Source of the DNA: Pseudomonadota bacterium | Lineage (GTDB): Bacteria > Pseudomonadota > Alphaproteobacteria > Sphingomonadales > SMXR01 | NCBI GenBank assembly: GCA_022574255.1 | Contig: JACZSK010000001.1 | Coordinates: 20,117 to 84,116 of the forward strand | DNA length: 64,000 nt | Reading direction: 5' to 3' | In this document: positions 16,466-25,325 of the stretch, piece by piece | Position numbering within the stretch: the stretch's first letter is position 1 | Layout of the letters: each line of letters opens with the position of its first letter | Program-made: the position numbers and the translations under genes | Notes under the pieces: model-generated | What the model saw: the letters and a program-made list of their open reading frames with translations, nothing else | Databases searched by the model: none | Told to the model about the DNA's origin: nothing

Positions 16466-16760
16466 CTAGGGTCTGGACTCAATTACCGGTGAGGGTTGTG
16501 CCCCCATTTCTTACGGGCTAAGGCCCGGGGCCAAAATTGGCCGGAGCGAGGAGAAAGCGGTGAAGAATAGCACTCTATCTGAGGCGATTTTGACGCTGTT
16601 CCGGCCGATTTGGGCGCGGTCCAATTGGATTGGCCCGAAAAGCCCGGCGAAAGGCGTCAAAAATCCTCGCCGATATGCACCATCGCCTTCGGTTTTCTCC
16701 TGTTTTCCGGGCCTTTCGGAGCCAACACAGCTCCACCCGGTAATTGGGTTCAGACCCTAG
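16466..16760. repeat. structured ~295-bp element B with 24-bp terminal inverted repeats, related to element A
   Basis: ctagggtctggactcaattaccgg (16466-16489) against the reverse complement of ccggtaattgggttcagaccctag (16737-16760) matches at 22/24. Internal long-range helices: 16549-16556/16694-16701 and 16588-16596/16654-16662. The terminus shares about 17/24 positions with element A (CTAGGGTC core). Confidence 0.6.
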
Positions 16761-17693
16761 GCTTGACGAGAGATATCAGCAGTGGCTTTAGCAAACTCTG
16801 TCCATAGGGGGACGGACAAATGCAAAAAAGATGCAAGACTTCAACATCACGGATTTCTGGCGGTAAAGCCGGTAAGGTCCAGGATATCAACGACGTCGAC
16901 AGCAGGCGCCGCGCTGGTGATCTGAATTACAGTGGTGCCCTCGCCACGCAGCTGGCGAAGCATTTTGGCCTGGAGAGCGCCAAAAGGGCTTGTGTGGAGA
17001 ATCGATGGGACGCTGTTTTGTCAGCTCTGCAAGGCAGGTGACCTGACCAGGGTAGCGCGTAGGCGCAAAATTTCCGCTTCTCTTCCGCGCGCCCGTTCCC
17101 GCCAATTTCGCCAGATTCCAGATTCCCGGTAACAGCACGAAAGCGAAGCCCAGCATGCCGCGCAGGCGACAGGCGTCCAAATAGCACCCTGGTGAGTGAC
17201 CACTATGTGGGCACCCCTTGCCATAGCTTCATAACCTGCGTGATTTAGACACAAGCATTTTTTCCTTGGCAACCAACACTTTTCTTGGAACATATGCGCC
17301 TGTCGGCTATGGTCGTCGGGCTGAGGATGTTGGTTTCGCGGATATTTGGGGAAATCCATCATTGGCTGTTAGTTATGCGCGACGGGGCATCCTCGACTCC
17401 TAAACGGGAATCGGGTATGAGCGCGGATAACCAGAATAAAGGTGCTTTAGGGCGCTTCGTTGGCAGCGTTGGGAGATTAACTAATTTCCGTCGCATTGAA
17501 TGAATCGGCCGGCAGGCTGATGCTTGAGGTATTGTTCCAAATGCATGTGACGGATTGATTTTCTGACAATGTCTGAATAGTAACCGAATCGCGGGGTTGG
17601 CTCCGGCTGAAAACTGGAGTGACCTGGCGGAACAGCAGCGAAGTAATGCGGTATAGGCCGCTTGAATTGACTGTTATTCCAATGGAAAGAAAA

Positions 17694-18473
17694 ATGCATA
17701 AGCAAAGAATGAGAAAGATAATCTTGAGCACCCTTACAGCATCGGTGCTTACATTGGGAGGCGGCCTTGCTCCTGCGCAGACGGTAGGCCTTGAGGACAT
17801 ATTCAAGGTAAGCGCGGAAGGAAACAAAGTCGCCCAGGCGTCGCAGGTTCGCATCGACGGCATTTCAGAGCAGACCTCCAGGCTTTTGGGGGATTACAAG
17901 AAGCTCCTGAAGGAAATCGAGGGCCTCCGCCAGTATAACACGCAGCTCCAGAGGCAGATCAACAAGCAGGTCGAGCGCATGGGCGAGCTGCGGAATTCGA
18001 TCGAGAACGTGACCCTGATCGAACGCCAGATTATGCCGCTGATGATGCGCATGGTCAGTGCCCTGGAAGAGTTCGTTGAACTGGACATGCCTTTCCTGAT
18101 GGAAGAGCGTCGTGACCGCCTCGCAAAACTGAATAATATTCTGGATGATGCGGAGATTTCAGCCTCCGAGAAATTCCGCGTGGTCTTTGAGGCCTACCAG
18201 ATTGAGAGCGAATACGGACGTTCGATCTTTGCATATTCCGGCATGCTGCCAATAAATGGCCTGGAATACGAAGGCGATTTCCTGCGAATCGGACGTATTG
18301 GCCTGTATTTCAAGAATGGCGACGGTTCAGTGACCGCCATGTGGAATAATCGTGACAGGCGCTGGGACGAACTCGATTCGGGTTACACCGACGCCGTTCT
18401 TCAGGGCATTCAGATGGCACGCAGCCAAATTCAGGCTGACCTGGTCCGCCTGCCAATCTCAGCACCACAATAG
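17694..18473 (+). CDS. DUF3450 coiled-coil periplasmic protein (TtpB-like, TonB2-type system)
   Basis: Track ORF 17619. ATG 17694 (MHKQRMRKIILSTLTASVLTLGG signal peptide). ERQIMPLMMRMVSALEEFVELDMPFLMEERRDRL and EKFRVVFEAYQIESEYGRSI match DUF3450. Confidence 0.75.
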   Translation: MHKQRMRKIILSTLTASVLTLGGGLAPAQTVGLEDIFKVSAEGNKVAQASQVRIDGISEQTSRLLGDYKKLLKEIEGLRQYNTQLQRQINKQVERMGELRNSIENVTLIERQIMPLMMRMVSALEEFVELDMPFLMEERRDRLAKLNNILDDAEISASEKFRVVFEAYQIESEYGRSIFAYSGMLPINGLEYEGDFLRIGRIGLYFKNGDGSVTAMWNNRDRRWDELDSGYTDAVLQGIQMARSQIQADLVRLPISAPQ

Positions 18474-18484
18474 GAACGCAGACA

Positions 18485-19894
18485 ATGAAAAGAATAATCA
18501 CAGCATTTGTTGCGCTTGCCCTGTTTGGTGGCGCAAGTCTGACCATGGCCCAGGAGGGCGCAGCGCCCGACCAGGCCGCCCCCGATACCGCGAGCAATCT
18601 GGATCAGCTGCTGCAACAGGTCCGCCAGGGCAAGCGCGTGGAAGCGCGCCAGCACCGCGAACGTGAGGCTCGATTTATTTCCCAGAAAAACGACCAGGCG
18701 CGGCTCAAGCGTGAAGCCGAGCAGACAAAGGCCAACGAAGAGCGGCGCAGTGATCAGCTTGAAGCCAATTTCGAGCGCAACAAGACGGCACTTGTCAGGC
18801 TGGACCAAAGATTGCGCGAGCGGCTGGGCAATTTGAGTGAATTGTTTGGTGTGCTCCAGCAGGTTGCTGGTGACGCGCGCGGCAATTTTTCAAGCTCCAT
18901 TGTCAGCACGCAATTTCCGAATCGTACGGAGGCGCTTGATACGCTGATCGAAAAAGCGTCGGCCGGTTCTGATTTGCCATCGATTGAAGAGATGGAGAAT
19001 CTGTGGTTCGAGATGCACCGCGAAATGACTGAGTCCGGCAAGGTAGTGCGCTTCCAGTACCAGGTCAGAACCCCGGACGGCCTTCCACAGGACGTTGAAC
19101 TGGTCCGCGTTGGCGCCTTCAATCTGGTTTCGGACGGAAAATATTATAATTATACCTTCTCGGCGGACAGCTCCAGCGTCGACGAGCTTGGCCGCCAGCC
19201 TTCGGGCCGTTTTACCGGCACAATCGACGATCTGGAAAGTGCCGACCCCGGCGAGCTGGTTACCTTCGGTATTGATCCGACGCGCGGCCAGATCCTTTCG
19301 ATGCTGCTGAGGGTTCCCGGCCTGGTTGATCGCTGGCACCAAGGTGGGTTCGTCGGCTACATTATTACTTTGCTTGGCGTGATTGGTGTCATGCTGGTTA
19401 TCGAACGCTGGCTTTACTTGAGCAGTCAGAACCGCAAGGTGCGCCGCCAGATCCGCGAAAGCACGCCCAGCACCGACAACTCCCTGGGCCGCGTGCTTCA
19501 GGTCTACGCCGACAATAAAAACGTCGATGTGGAGACGCTGGAGTTGAAGCTGGACGAGGCAATCCTGAAAGAAACGCCGGCGCTGGAGCGCTCTTTGGTG
19601 TTGATCAAGATTATCTCGGCTGTGGCGCCGCTGTTTGGCCTGCTGGGCACGGTTACGGGCATGATCGTGACCTTCCAGGCGATTGTTCTGTTCGGCACCG
19701 GCGACCCGACCGTGATGGCGAATGGTATCTCGCAAGCCCTGGTTACCACCGTTCTTGGTCTGGCGGTTGCTATCCCCACGCTGCTGTTGCACAGCATTGT
19801 GGCTGGCCAGAGCAAGGGCATCATCCATATTCTGGAGGAACAGAGCGCCGGTATCATTGCGGTCCATGCAGAGAAAGCCGGATCGCATGCTTAA
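18485..19894 (+). CDS. large MotA/TolQ/ExbB proton-channel family protein (TtpC-like)
   Basis: 469 aa with a signal peptide, a long periplasmic coiled-coil domain, and a C-terminal MotA/ExbB channel (LFGLLGTVTGMIVTFQAI...ALVTTVLGLAVAIP). Confidence 0.85.
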   Translation: MKRIITAFVALALFGGASLTMAQEGAAPDQAAPDTASNLDQLLQQVRQGKRVEARQHREREARFISQKNDQARLKREAEQTKANEERRSDQLEANFERNKTALVRLDQRLRERLGNLSELFGVLQQVAGDARGNFSSSIVSTQFPNRTEALDTLIEKASAGSDLPSIEEMENLWFEMHREMTESGKVVRFQYQVRTPDGLPQDVELVRVGAFNLVSDGKYYNYTFSADSSSVDELGRQPSGRFTGTIDDLESADPGELVTFGIDPTRGQILSMLLRVPGLVDRWHQGGFVGYIITLLGVIGVMLVIERWLYLSSQNRKVRRQIRESTPSTDNSLGRVLQVYADNKNVDVETLELKLDEAILKETPALERSLVLIKIISAVAPLFGLLGTVTGMIVTFQAIVLFGTGDPTVMANGISQALVTTVLGLAVAIPTLLLHSIVAGQSKGIIHILEEQSAGIIAVHAEKAGSHA

Positions 19895-20405
19895 GGCGTT
19901 CGAAAATATCCAGATATTCATGGAGAGAGGCGGCGACGTCCTCTACATGGTTATGGCGGTTACCTTCGTAATGTGGGTGCTGATCATCGAAAGACTGTGG
20001 TACTTCCGCGCGATTTATGGAGGGCAAGTCCGCAAGGTGGCCAGCGCATGGGAATCGCGGAGTGAGAGGAAATCATGGTACGCGCACAAGATTCGCACCG
20101 CCATGATTTCCGAAATCCGCGAGAACCTCAATGAGGGCGTGACGCTGATCAAGACCTTCGTGGCGCTCTGCCCACTGATCGGGCTTTTAGGCACTGTCAC
20201 CGGCATGATCGAAGTGTTCGACGTAATGGCGACCACGGGAAGCGGCAATGCCCGCGCCATGGCCGGCGGCGTGTCGAAAGCCACTTTGCCCACCATGGCC
20301 GGCATGGTCGCCGCTCTATCGGGCGTTTTCATGAGCACTTATATCGAGCGCAAAGCAAAGCGCGAGGGCGAGAAGCTCGAAGACAGCCTGACCATGGATC
20401 ACTGA
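19866..20405 (+). CDS. exbB: ExbB/TolQ proton-channel protein
   Basis: Start is ATG 19866 or 19887, overlapping the upstream stop. LIGLLGTVTGMIEVF...ATLPTMAGMVAALSG are channel motifs. Confidence 0.85.
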   Translation: MQRKPDRMLKAFENIQIFMERGGDVLYMVMAVTFVMWVLIIERLWYFRAIYGGQVRKVASAWESRSERKSWYAHKIRTAMISEIRENLNEGVTLIKTFVALCPLIGLLGTVTGMIEVFDVMATTGSGNARAMAGGVSKATLPTMAGMVAALSGVFMSTYIERKAKREGEKLEDSLTMDH

Positions 20406-20415
20406 GTTAAAAATC

Positions 20416-20829
20416 ATGCGTAAATTTGCCAAACCGGAAGAAGAAGCCGAGATCAACATGACGCCAATGCTGGACATCGTGTTCATCATGCTGATCTTCT
20501 TCATCGTCACCGCCTCTTTCGTGAAAGAACAGGGGCTGGATATACAACAGCCACCGGACGCACCGCCGCCACCGCCCGATGAGAAAAAGCAGAATATAGT
20601 GATACGGGTGGATAATAATAACCAGGTGTGGATATGGAATGATCGCCGCCGGGTCGATATCCGCCAGGTGCGCCCGAATATTGAGCGCCTGCACGCGGCA
20701 TTCCCGGAGGGCGTGGTGGTCATTCAGGCGGCGCCGGATGCCAAAACCGGGGTCATCGTACAGATTTACGATCAAGCGCTTGCCGTCGACAAAAAAATGG
20801 GGGTGTCGGTGACGCGCTATGAGCCTTAA
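20416..20829 (+). CDS. exbD: ExbD/TolR biopolymer transport protein
   Basis: 137 aa with INMTPMLDIVFIMLIFFIVTASF, the canonical ExbD N-terminus. Confidence 0.9.
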   Translation: MRKFAKPEEEAEINMTPMLDIVFIMLIFFIVTASFVKEQGLDIQQPPDAPPPPPDEKKQNIVIRVDNNNQVWIWNDRRRVDIRQVRPNIERLHAAFPEGVVVIQAAPDAKTGVIVQIYDQALAVDKKMGVSVTRYEP

Positions 20830-20900
20830 ACGGCCATAATAACCGTCTTATAGCCGCCACATTATTCTACGAAACTTAAGACCCTTGGGAGAGTGGGGAT

Positions 20901-21302
20901 ATGCGCGACCACGCACAACAGGATGAAGACGCCGAGATTAACATGACGCCGATGCTGGACATCGTGTTCATCATGCTGATTTTCTTCATCGTCACCGCAG
21001 CCTTCGTTAAGGAGGCAGGCATCCAGATTACAAAGCCCGAAGCGGCAATGTCGATCCAGAAGCCTCGCACAAGCATTATCATCGGCATCAGCGATGCCGG
21101 CGAAATATGGATCAACCACAAAAAGGTCGATCTCAAGTCGGTTCGCCCGGTGCTGGAAAGGCTGATCGCCGAGAATCCGCGCGGAACGGTCATTATCCAG
21201 GCTGATAAAGATGCAAAGGCCGGGCTGACGCTGGACGTGCTGGATGCCGCCCGCGCTGCCAAGGCCGCGGAGGTTGCCATTTCAACGAGGAAGCCATCAT
21301 GA
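20901..21302 (+). CDS. exbD: ExbD/TolR biopolymer transport protein (second paralog)
   Basis: 133 aa with INMTPMLDIVFIMLIFFIVTAAF and ggagagtgggg RBS. Confidence 0.9.
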   Translation: MRDHAQQDEDAEINMTPMLDIVFIMLIFFIVTAAFVKEAGIQITKPEAAMSIQKPRTSIIIGISDAGEIWINHKKVDLKSVRPVLERLIAENPRGTVIIQADKDAKAGLTLDVLDAARAAKAAEVAISTRKPS

Positions 21303-21904
21303 TCAAGAGGTTTGGCGCCGCTGCGATGCTTTCTGCCGGTGTTACCTTCGGCCTGTTTTCTATTATGCAGATGTTGATCGCTACCGGCGACAGTAGCCTG
21401 CAGGACGACGAGGCCTTCCGCATTCTGGACATGGTCCAGCAGATGGATGATTCCGAAGTTCTTCGGGAAGAAAGAAAGCCCGACAAGCCCCCCGAGCCCG
21501 AGATAGAGCCGGACCTTGACATCCCCGATATCCAGACCCTGGACCCCAATTCCTTGAGCGTCAGCATGGCAACCGGGCTGGTTAAGCTGGATGTGAACCT
21601 GGGAACGGGCTTTGGCGCCTTCACGGACGGCGATTATTTGCCCATCGTCAAGGTGCAGCCGATTTATCCGCGGCGTGCTCAGGAACGAGGTATTTCCGGG
21701 CATGTGCTGCTCGAATTCACCGTCACCGAACTGGGCACGGTGGAAGATGTCGTTGTAATCGAGGCAGAGCCGAAGGGGTATTTTGAGCGCGCCGCAGTAC
21801 GGGCAGCGCGGAAGTTCAAATATAAGCCGAAGGTTATTAACAACGAGGCGATCAGGGTGCCGGGCGTGCGGAACCTGATTACTTTTGAATTAGAGGATGA
21901 ATAA
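21299..21904 (+). CDS. tonB: TonB family energy transducer
   Basis: 201 aa, ATGA overlap with exbD. TM anchor, Pro/Glu-rich spacer KPDKPPEPEIEPDLDIPD, C-terminal YPRRAQERGISGHVLLEFTV. Confidence 0.85.
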   Translation: MIKRFGAAAMLSAGVTFGLFSIMQMLIATGDSSLQDDEAFRILDMVQQMDDSEVLREERKPDKPPEPEIEPDLDIPDIQTLDPNSLSVSMATGLVKLDVNLGTGFGAFTDGDYLPIVKVQPIYPRRAQERGISGHVLLEFTVTELGTVEDVVVIEAEPKGYFERAAVRAARKFKYKPKVINNEAIRVPGVRNLITFELEDE

Positions 21905-21950
21905 GCGGCAGCGTCGCGCCCAAATGAGGCCGGCAGCTAGTGGAGATCAT

Positions 21951-23285
21951 ATGAAAACGACAGCAACAAATACCCGCTTGGCGATGGCCGCCGTTTTGGG
22001 CCTGAGCCTGGCGATTGCTCCGGTTTCCGGCATTACCTTGTCAGGTATTGGCGCCAGCGAAGCTCTGGCACAATCCTCGGACAAGCCGGCGACGAAAAAA
22101 CGTAAAACGCGCCGCGCCAAGACCGTGGGCCAGACTGTCGGCCGTAAACTGGGCGAAGTCGCGACCCTGATCGAGGAAGACAAGGATTACGTCGGCGCCA
22201 TGGTGATACTGACCAAGCTGCTGGAGCGCAAGATCAACTCCTACGAGCGCGGTATGGTTCATTATTACCGGGGATATGTCTATTCCGATCAGGGAGATTA
22301 TAAAAACGCGATCGTTGCCTATTCGGCTCTGCTGGATATCGAGGATTTACCGACAAATTTCGAAGACCAGATCCGCTTTCTTCTGGCGCAGCTCAATTTT
22401 GCCGAAGGGCATTATCGCAAAAGTCTGACGCTGCTTGACGAATGGATGAAGTACCAGGAAACACCAAGCATTCAGGCGTACAAGGTAAAAGGACAGGCCC
22501 ATTATGCCCTGGAGGAATACCGGCAGGCCCTGGTGCCACTGGAGACAGCAATCCGCCTTACCCAGGAAGCCGGCCAGACCGTTCGCGAGAATACCTGGGG
22601 ACTGGTGAAGAGTGTTTACCGGGAAATGGAGAACCTGGATAAGGTTCGCGAAATTCTGGAAATACTGATCCTGAATTATCCACCCAAGGCTGGTTATTGG
22701 CTGGAACTGGCTTATGCATACGGCGAACTCAATATGGAAACCAAGGAACTGGCAGCCATCGAGGTAGCCTACATCCAGGGTTTCCTTGAAAAGGAGAACC
22801 ACCTGATCGGCCTTGCGCAGCGCTATATGAACGCAGAAGCGCCGATCAAGGCCAGTTGGGTCATGGGCAAGGGTCTCGACAGCGGCCAAATCGAAAAATC
22901 TGAAAAGACCTACGACGTTTATTCCCAAGCCCTTGTGTTGGCGCAGGAATTAGAGGATTCGGAAGATCCGCTGGAGAGGGCCGCCAAAATGTCGGACAAG
23001 GGCGATTTGTCGCTGCGCCTTGGCTCGGTTTACGCCGCGCGAGATAACTGGAGTGGAGCCATCAAGGCCCTCAGGCAAGCCCTGAGAAAAGGCGTGAAGC
23101 GCAAGGACCAGGCGTATCTGCAGCTGGGCCGCGCCTATTTTAATGCTGACAGGCTCACCGATGCCCGCAAGGAATTCATCAAGGCGCGGGCAGACAAGCG
23201 CAGTCGCAACGATGCAAGAAGCTGGATCAAATATCTGGACAGCGAGATCAAGCGCAGAAGGCAGCTTGAGGAATCTATTAATTAA
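21951..23285 (+). CDS. TPR-repeat periplasmic protein (TtpD-like)
   Basis: Track ORF 21897. ATG 21951 follows ggagat. Signal peptide and multiple TPR-like repeats (YYRGYVYSDQGDYKNAIVAYSALL and others). Confidence 0.8.
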   Translation: MKTTATNTRLAMAAVLGLSLAIAPVSGITLSGIGASEALAQSSDKPATKKRKTRRAKTVGQTVGRKLGEVATLIEEDKDYVGAMVILTKLLERKINSYERGMVHYYRGYVYSDQGDYKNAIVAYSALLDIEDLPTNFEDQIRFLLAQLNFAEGHYRKSLTLLDEWMKYQETPSIQAYKVKGQAHYALEEYRQALVPLETAIRLTQEAGQTVRENTWGLVKSVYREMENLDKVREILEILILNYPPKAGYWLELAYAYGELNMETKELAAIEVAYIQGFLEKENHLIGLAQRYMNAEAPIKASWVMGKGLDSGQIEKSEKTYDVYSQALVLAQELEDSEDPLERAAKMSDKGDLSLRLGSVYAARDNWSGAIKALRQALRKGVKRKDQAYLQLGRAYFNADRLTDARKEFIKARADKRSRNDARSWIKYLDSEIKRRRQLEESIN

Positions 23286-23311
23286 TTTCCCGCCGACAAT
23301 CGGGGAAACTG

Positions 23312-23338
23312 AAACGGCGCCATATTCGGCGCCGTTTT
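23312..23338 (+). terminator. probable rho-independent terminator
   Basis: aaacggcgcc-atattc-ggcgccgttt hairpin ending in TTTT, 27 nt after the TPR gene stop. Confidence 0.5.
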
Positions 23339-23367
23339 ACCGTCTGCAGTTGATTGCAAGGCCGCGC

Positions 23368-23454
23368 TGGTGCCCCCGGTCTGACTCGAACAGACACTCC
23401 CTTGCAGGAACCAGATTTTGAGTCTGGCGCGTCTACCAATTCCGCCACGGGGGC
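23368..23454 (-). tRNA. tRNA-Leu (anticodon CAA)
   Basis: The reverse complement reads GCCCCCGTGGCGGAATTGGTAGACGCGCCAGACTCAAAATCTGGTTCCTGCAAGGGAGTGTCTGTTCGAGTCAGACCGGGGGCACCA. It has a 7-bp acceptor stem, anticodon loop CTCAAAA, a long variable arm, a T-arm and an encoded CCA. Confidence 0.9.
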
Positions 23455-23621
23455 CGCTCTGCGCGCGACGGGGCATCATACCCGCCAATCTGCGGCGGTC
23501 AATAGACAGCAGCGGTGCAGGGACGGAATATGAGCGAAATGACATGGCCAGACCGCTCCGCGCCATTGTTGGCGGTTCCTGGCTCTGCTAGAGTCTGGAG
23601 CGGACGGCGAAGGAGAATGAG

Positions 23622-24206
23622 TTGCTGAAATCCTTGTATGACTGGGCCATGAATTTGGCCGGGCATCGCTTTGCGACGCGGTGGCTGGCGCTGATCTCCT
23701 TTATCGAGAGCTCCGTATTTCCGATCCCGCCGGATGTCTTGCTGGTGCCCATGGCCCTGGCTGAACGGAACCGGAGCTTTTATTTTGCCGGCATCTGCAC
23801 GGTCGCTTCCGTGCTGGGTGGTTTCCTCGGCTATGCGATCGGCTATTTCCTGTGGGACACCCTGGGCGCGCCTCTGTTCGAGTTTTACGGCTATATGGAC
23901 GAGTTTGACTCCTTCAAAGACGCCTTCAACGAGCGGGGTGCCTGGCTGGTGTTGATATTCGGCGTTACCTTTTTCCCCTATAAGGTCATTACCATCGCCA
24001 GCGGCGTGACCATGCTGGACCCCCTCGTTTTCGGTCTGGCATCTGTTGTTGCCCGCTTCATCAGGTTCTTCGTCGAGGCGGCATTGATCTGGTGGTTTGG
24101 TGAAGCCATACGGGAATTCATAGAAAAGCGCCTGGTGCTGGTGGTCTCTGGCGTGGTGTTCCTGGTGGTCGCCGGGTTTGTCGGCATCGGTTATTTTGGA
24201 AAGTGA
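23622..24206 (+). CDS. YqaA/DedA (SNARE-associated) family membrane protein
   Basis: 194 aa, TTG start. FIESSVFPIPPDVLLVPMAL is the family signature. Confidence 0.8.
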   Translation: MLKSLYDWAMNLAGHRFATRWLALISFIESSVFPIPPDVLLVPMALAERNRSFYFAGICTVASVLGGFLGYAIGYFLWDTLGAPLFEFYGYMDEFDSFKDAFNERGAWLVLIFGVTFFPYKVITIASGVTMLDPLVFGLASVVARFIRFFVEAALIWWFGEAIREFIEKRLVLVVSGVVFLVVAGFVGIGYFGK

Positions 24207-24213
24207 TGCGAGC

Positions 24214-24744
24214 ATGCTGAACGACTGGATTAAACGCCTGGCGCCTCATACAGCCCCCCTGCTGGTCCTGGCCAGCATTGCCGCGCTGGGCTCTGCCTAT
24301 ACATTCCAGTATTTCGGCTACGAGCCCTGCACGCTCTGCTACTACCAGCGCTATCCCTATATGGCGGTTATCCTGATGTCTGGCGCTGCCTGGATGCTGT
24401 CGCGCGATGGAAGCGCCCATGCCAGGCTGGTCTTGCTGCTGGTTGCCGCGTCCATAGCGGCGCTGTTCCTGGATGCGGGCATCGCCGGCTTCCATGTGGG
24501 GGTCGAGCAAAAATGGTGGGAGGGGCTTGCCACTTGCGGCGGCGGTAGCGGCGGTGGATCAGATGGCAGCATAGAAGATCTCCTGCAGCAGATGCAGGGG
24601 ATCAAGCTGGTGCGTTGCGATGAGGCGGCATGGACCCTCTTTGGAATTTCCATGGCAGAGTATAATATGCTCCTGGCGCTGGGGACGGGTGCCTTCGGGC
24701 TGCTGGCATGGCCCCATTTCAGGAAAAGGACGACAAGCCAATGA
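24214..24744 (+). CDS. dsbB: disulfide bond formation protein B
   Basis: ATG 24214 within track ORF 24178. CTLCYYQRYPY motif, four TM segments and a second Cys pair region (LATCGGG...LVRCDE). Confidence 0.8.
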   Translation: MLNDWIKRLAPHTAPLLVLASIAALGSAYTFQYFGYEPCTLCYYQRYPYMAVILMSGAAWMLSRDGSAHARLVLLLVAASIAALFLDAGIAGFHVGVEQKWWEGLATCGGGSGGGSDGSIEDLLQQMQGIKLVRCDEAAWTLFGISMAEYNMLLALGTGAFGLLAWPHFRKRTTSQ

Positions 24745-25325
24745 CTGACCAACCACAGGAAACGGTTAGCGCGCGTCCGCTGCGCCCGCTACCCGGCGAC
24801 CCCAGCATGGCCGAAGAGGTCGCCAGCATGATCCGGGTCGATCACGCGGGCGAGTATAGCGCGGCGCGTATTTACGAAGGCCAGTTGGCGGTCTTCGGCC
24901 CTGATCACAGTCTGACACCTGTCATCCGCCGCATGGCCGAACAGGAAAAAGAGCATTTGCAGGTCTTCGAGGAGATCATGAGCGACCGGAAAGTCCGCCC
25001 GACGGTGCTCAATCCGATCTGGCATATGGCCGGCTTTGCGCTGGGTGCGGCCACCGCACTGATGGGGACCCGCGCCGCCATGGCCTGCACAGCCGCTGTT
25101 GAGGAAGTGATCGACGAGCATTACCAGTCCCAGCGCGACCTGCTGGATCATTGGGACGTGGAGCCGGAACTGAACAAAACGGTTAAAGCCTTCCAGGCCG
25201 ACGAAGTTGAGCACCGGGATACGGCAATAAAGCACGGCGCGGAACAGACGCCCGGTTACGGATTGCTGTCGGGCGGCATCAAGGCCGGCTGCCGCGCCGC
25301 CATCTGGCTGTCGAAAAGAATTTAG
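24741..25325 (+). CDS. coq7: demethoxyubiquinone hydroxylase (Coq7 family)
   Basis: ATG 24741 overlaps the dsbB stop (ATGA). Di-iron motifs IRVDHAGEYSA, EQEKEH and ADEVEH. Confidence 0.85.
   Translation: MTDQPQETVSARPLRPLPGDPSMAEEVASMIRVDHAGEYSAARIYEGQLAVFGPDHSLTPVIRRMAEQEKEHLQVFEEIMSDRKVRPTVLNPIWHMAGFALGAATALMGTRAAMACTAAVEEVIDEHYQSQRDLLDHWDVEPELNKTVKAFQADEVEHRDTAIKHGAEQTPGYGLLSGGIKAGCRAAIWLSKRI

Noticed and set aside
16820-17041. A 73-aa + strand ORF (MQKRCKTSTSRISGGK…) as a real gene.
   Set aside because: It has no RBS, no recognisable family, a basic low-complexity N-terminus, and competing overlapping ORFs on the other strand. It is kept only as part of the unexplained tract.
16800-17690. 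A possible cobalamin riboswitch or Fur/iron box in the leader of the TonB2-type cluster.
   Set aside because: I found no B12-box-like core (…AGYCMGGAGACCKGCC…) in the correct orientation or position, and no GATAATGATAATCATTATC-like dyad. There were only loose fragments such as cagcctgcc.
16761-23454. The TonB2-type cluster as a tRNA-Leu-integrated genomic island.
   Set aside because: There is no integrase or recombinase, and I could see no direct repeat of the tRNA 3' end at the far boundary. The resemblance between the element B terminus (GGTCTGGACTCAA) and the tRNA T-arm strand (GGTCTGACTCGAA) is short and may be chance.
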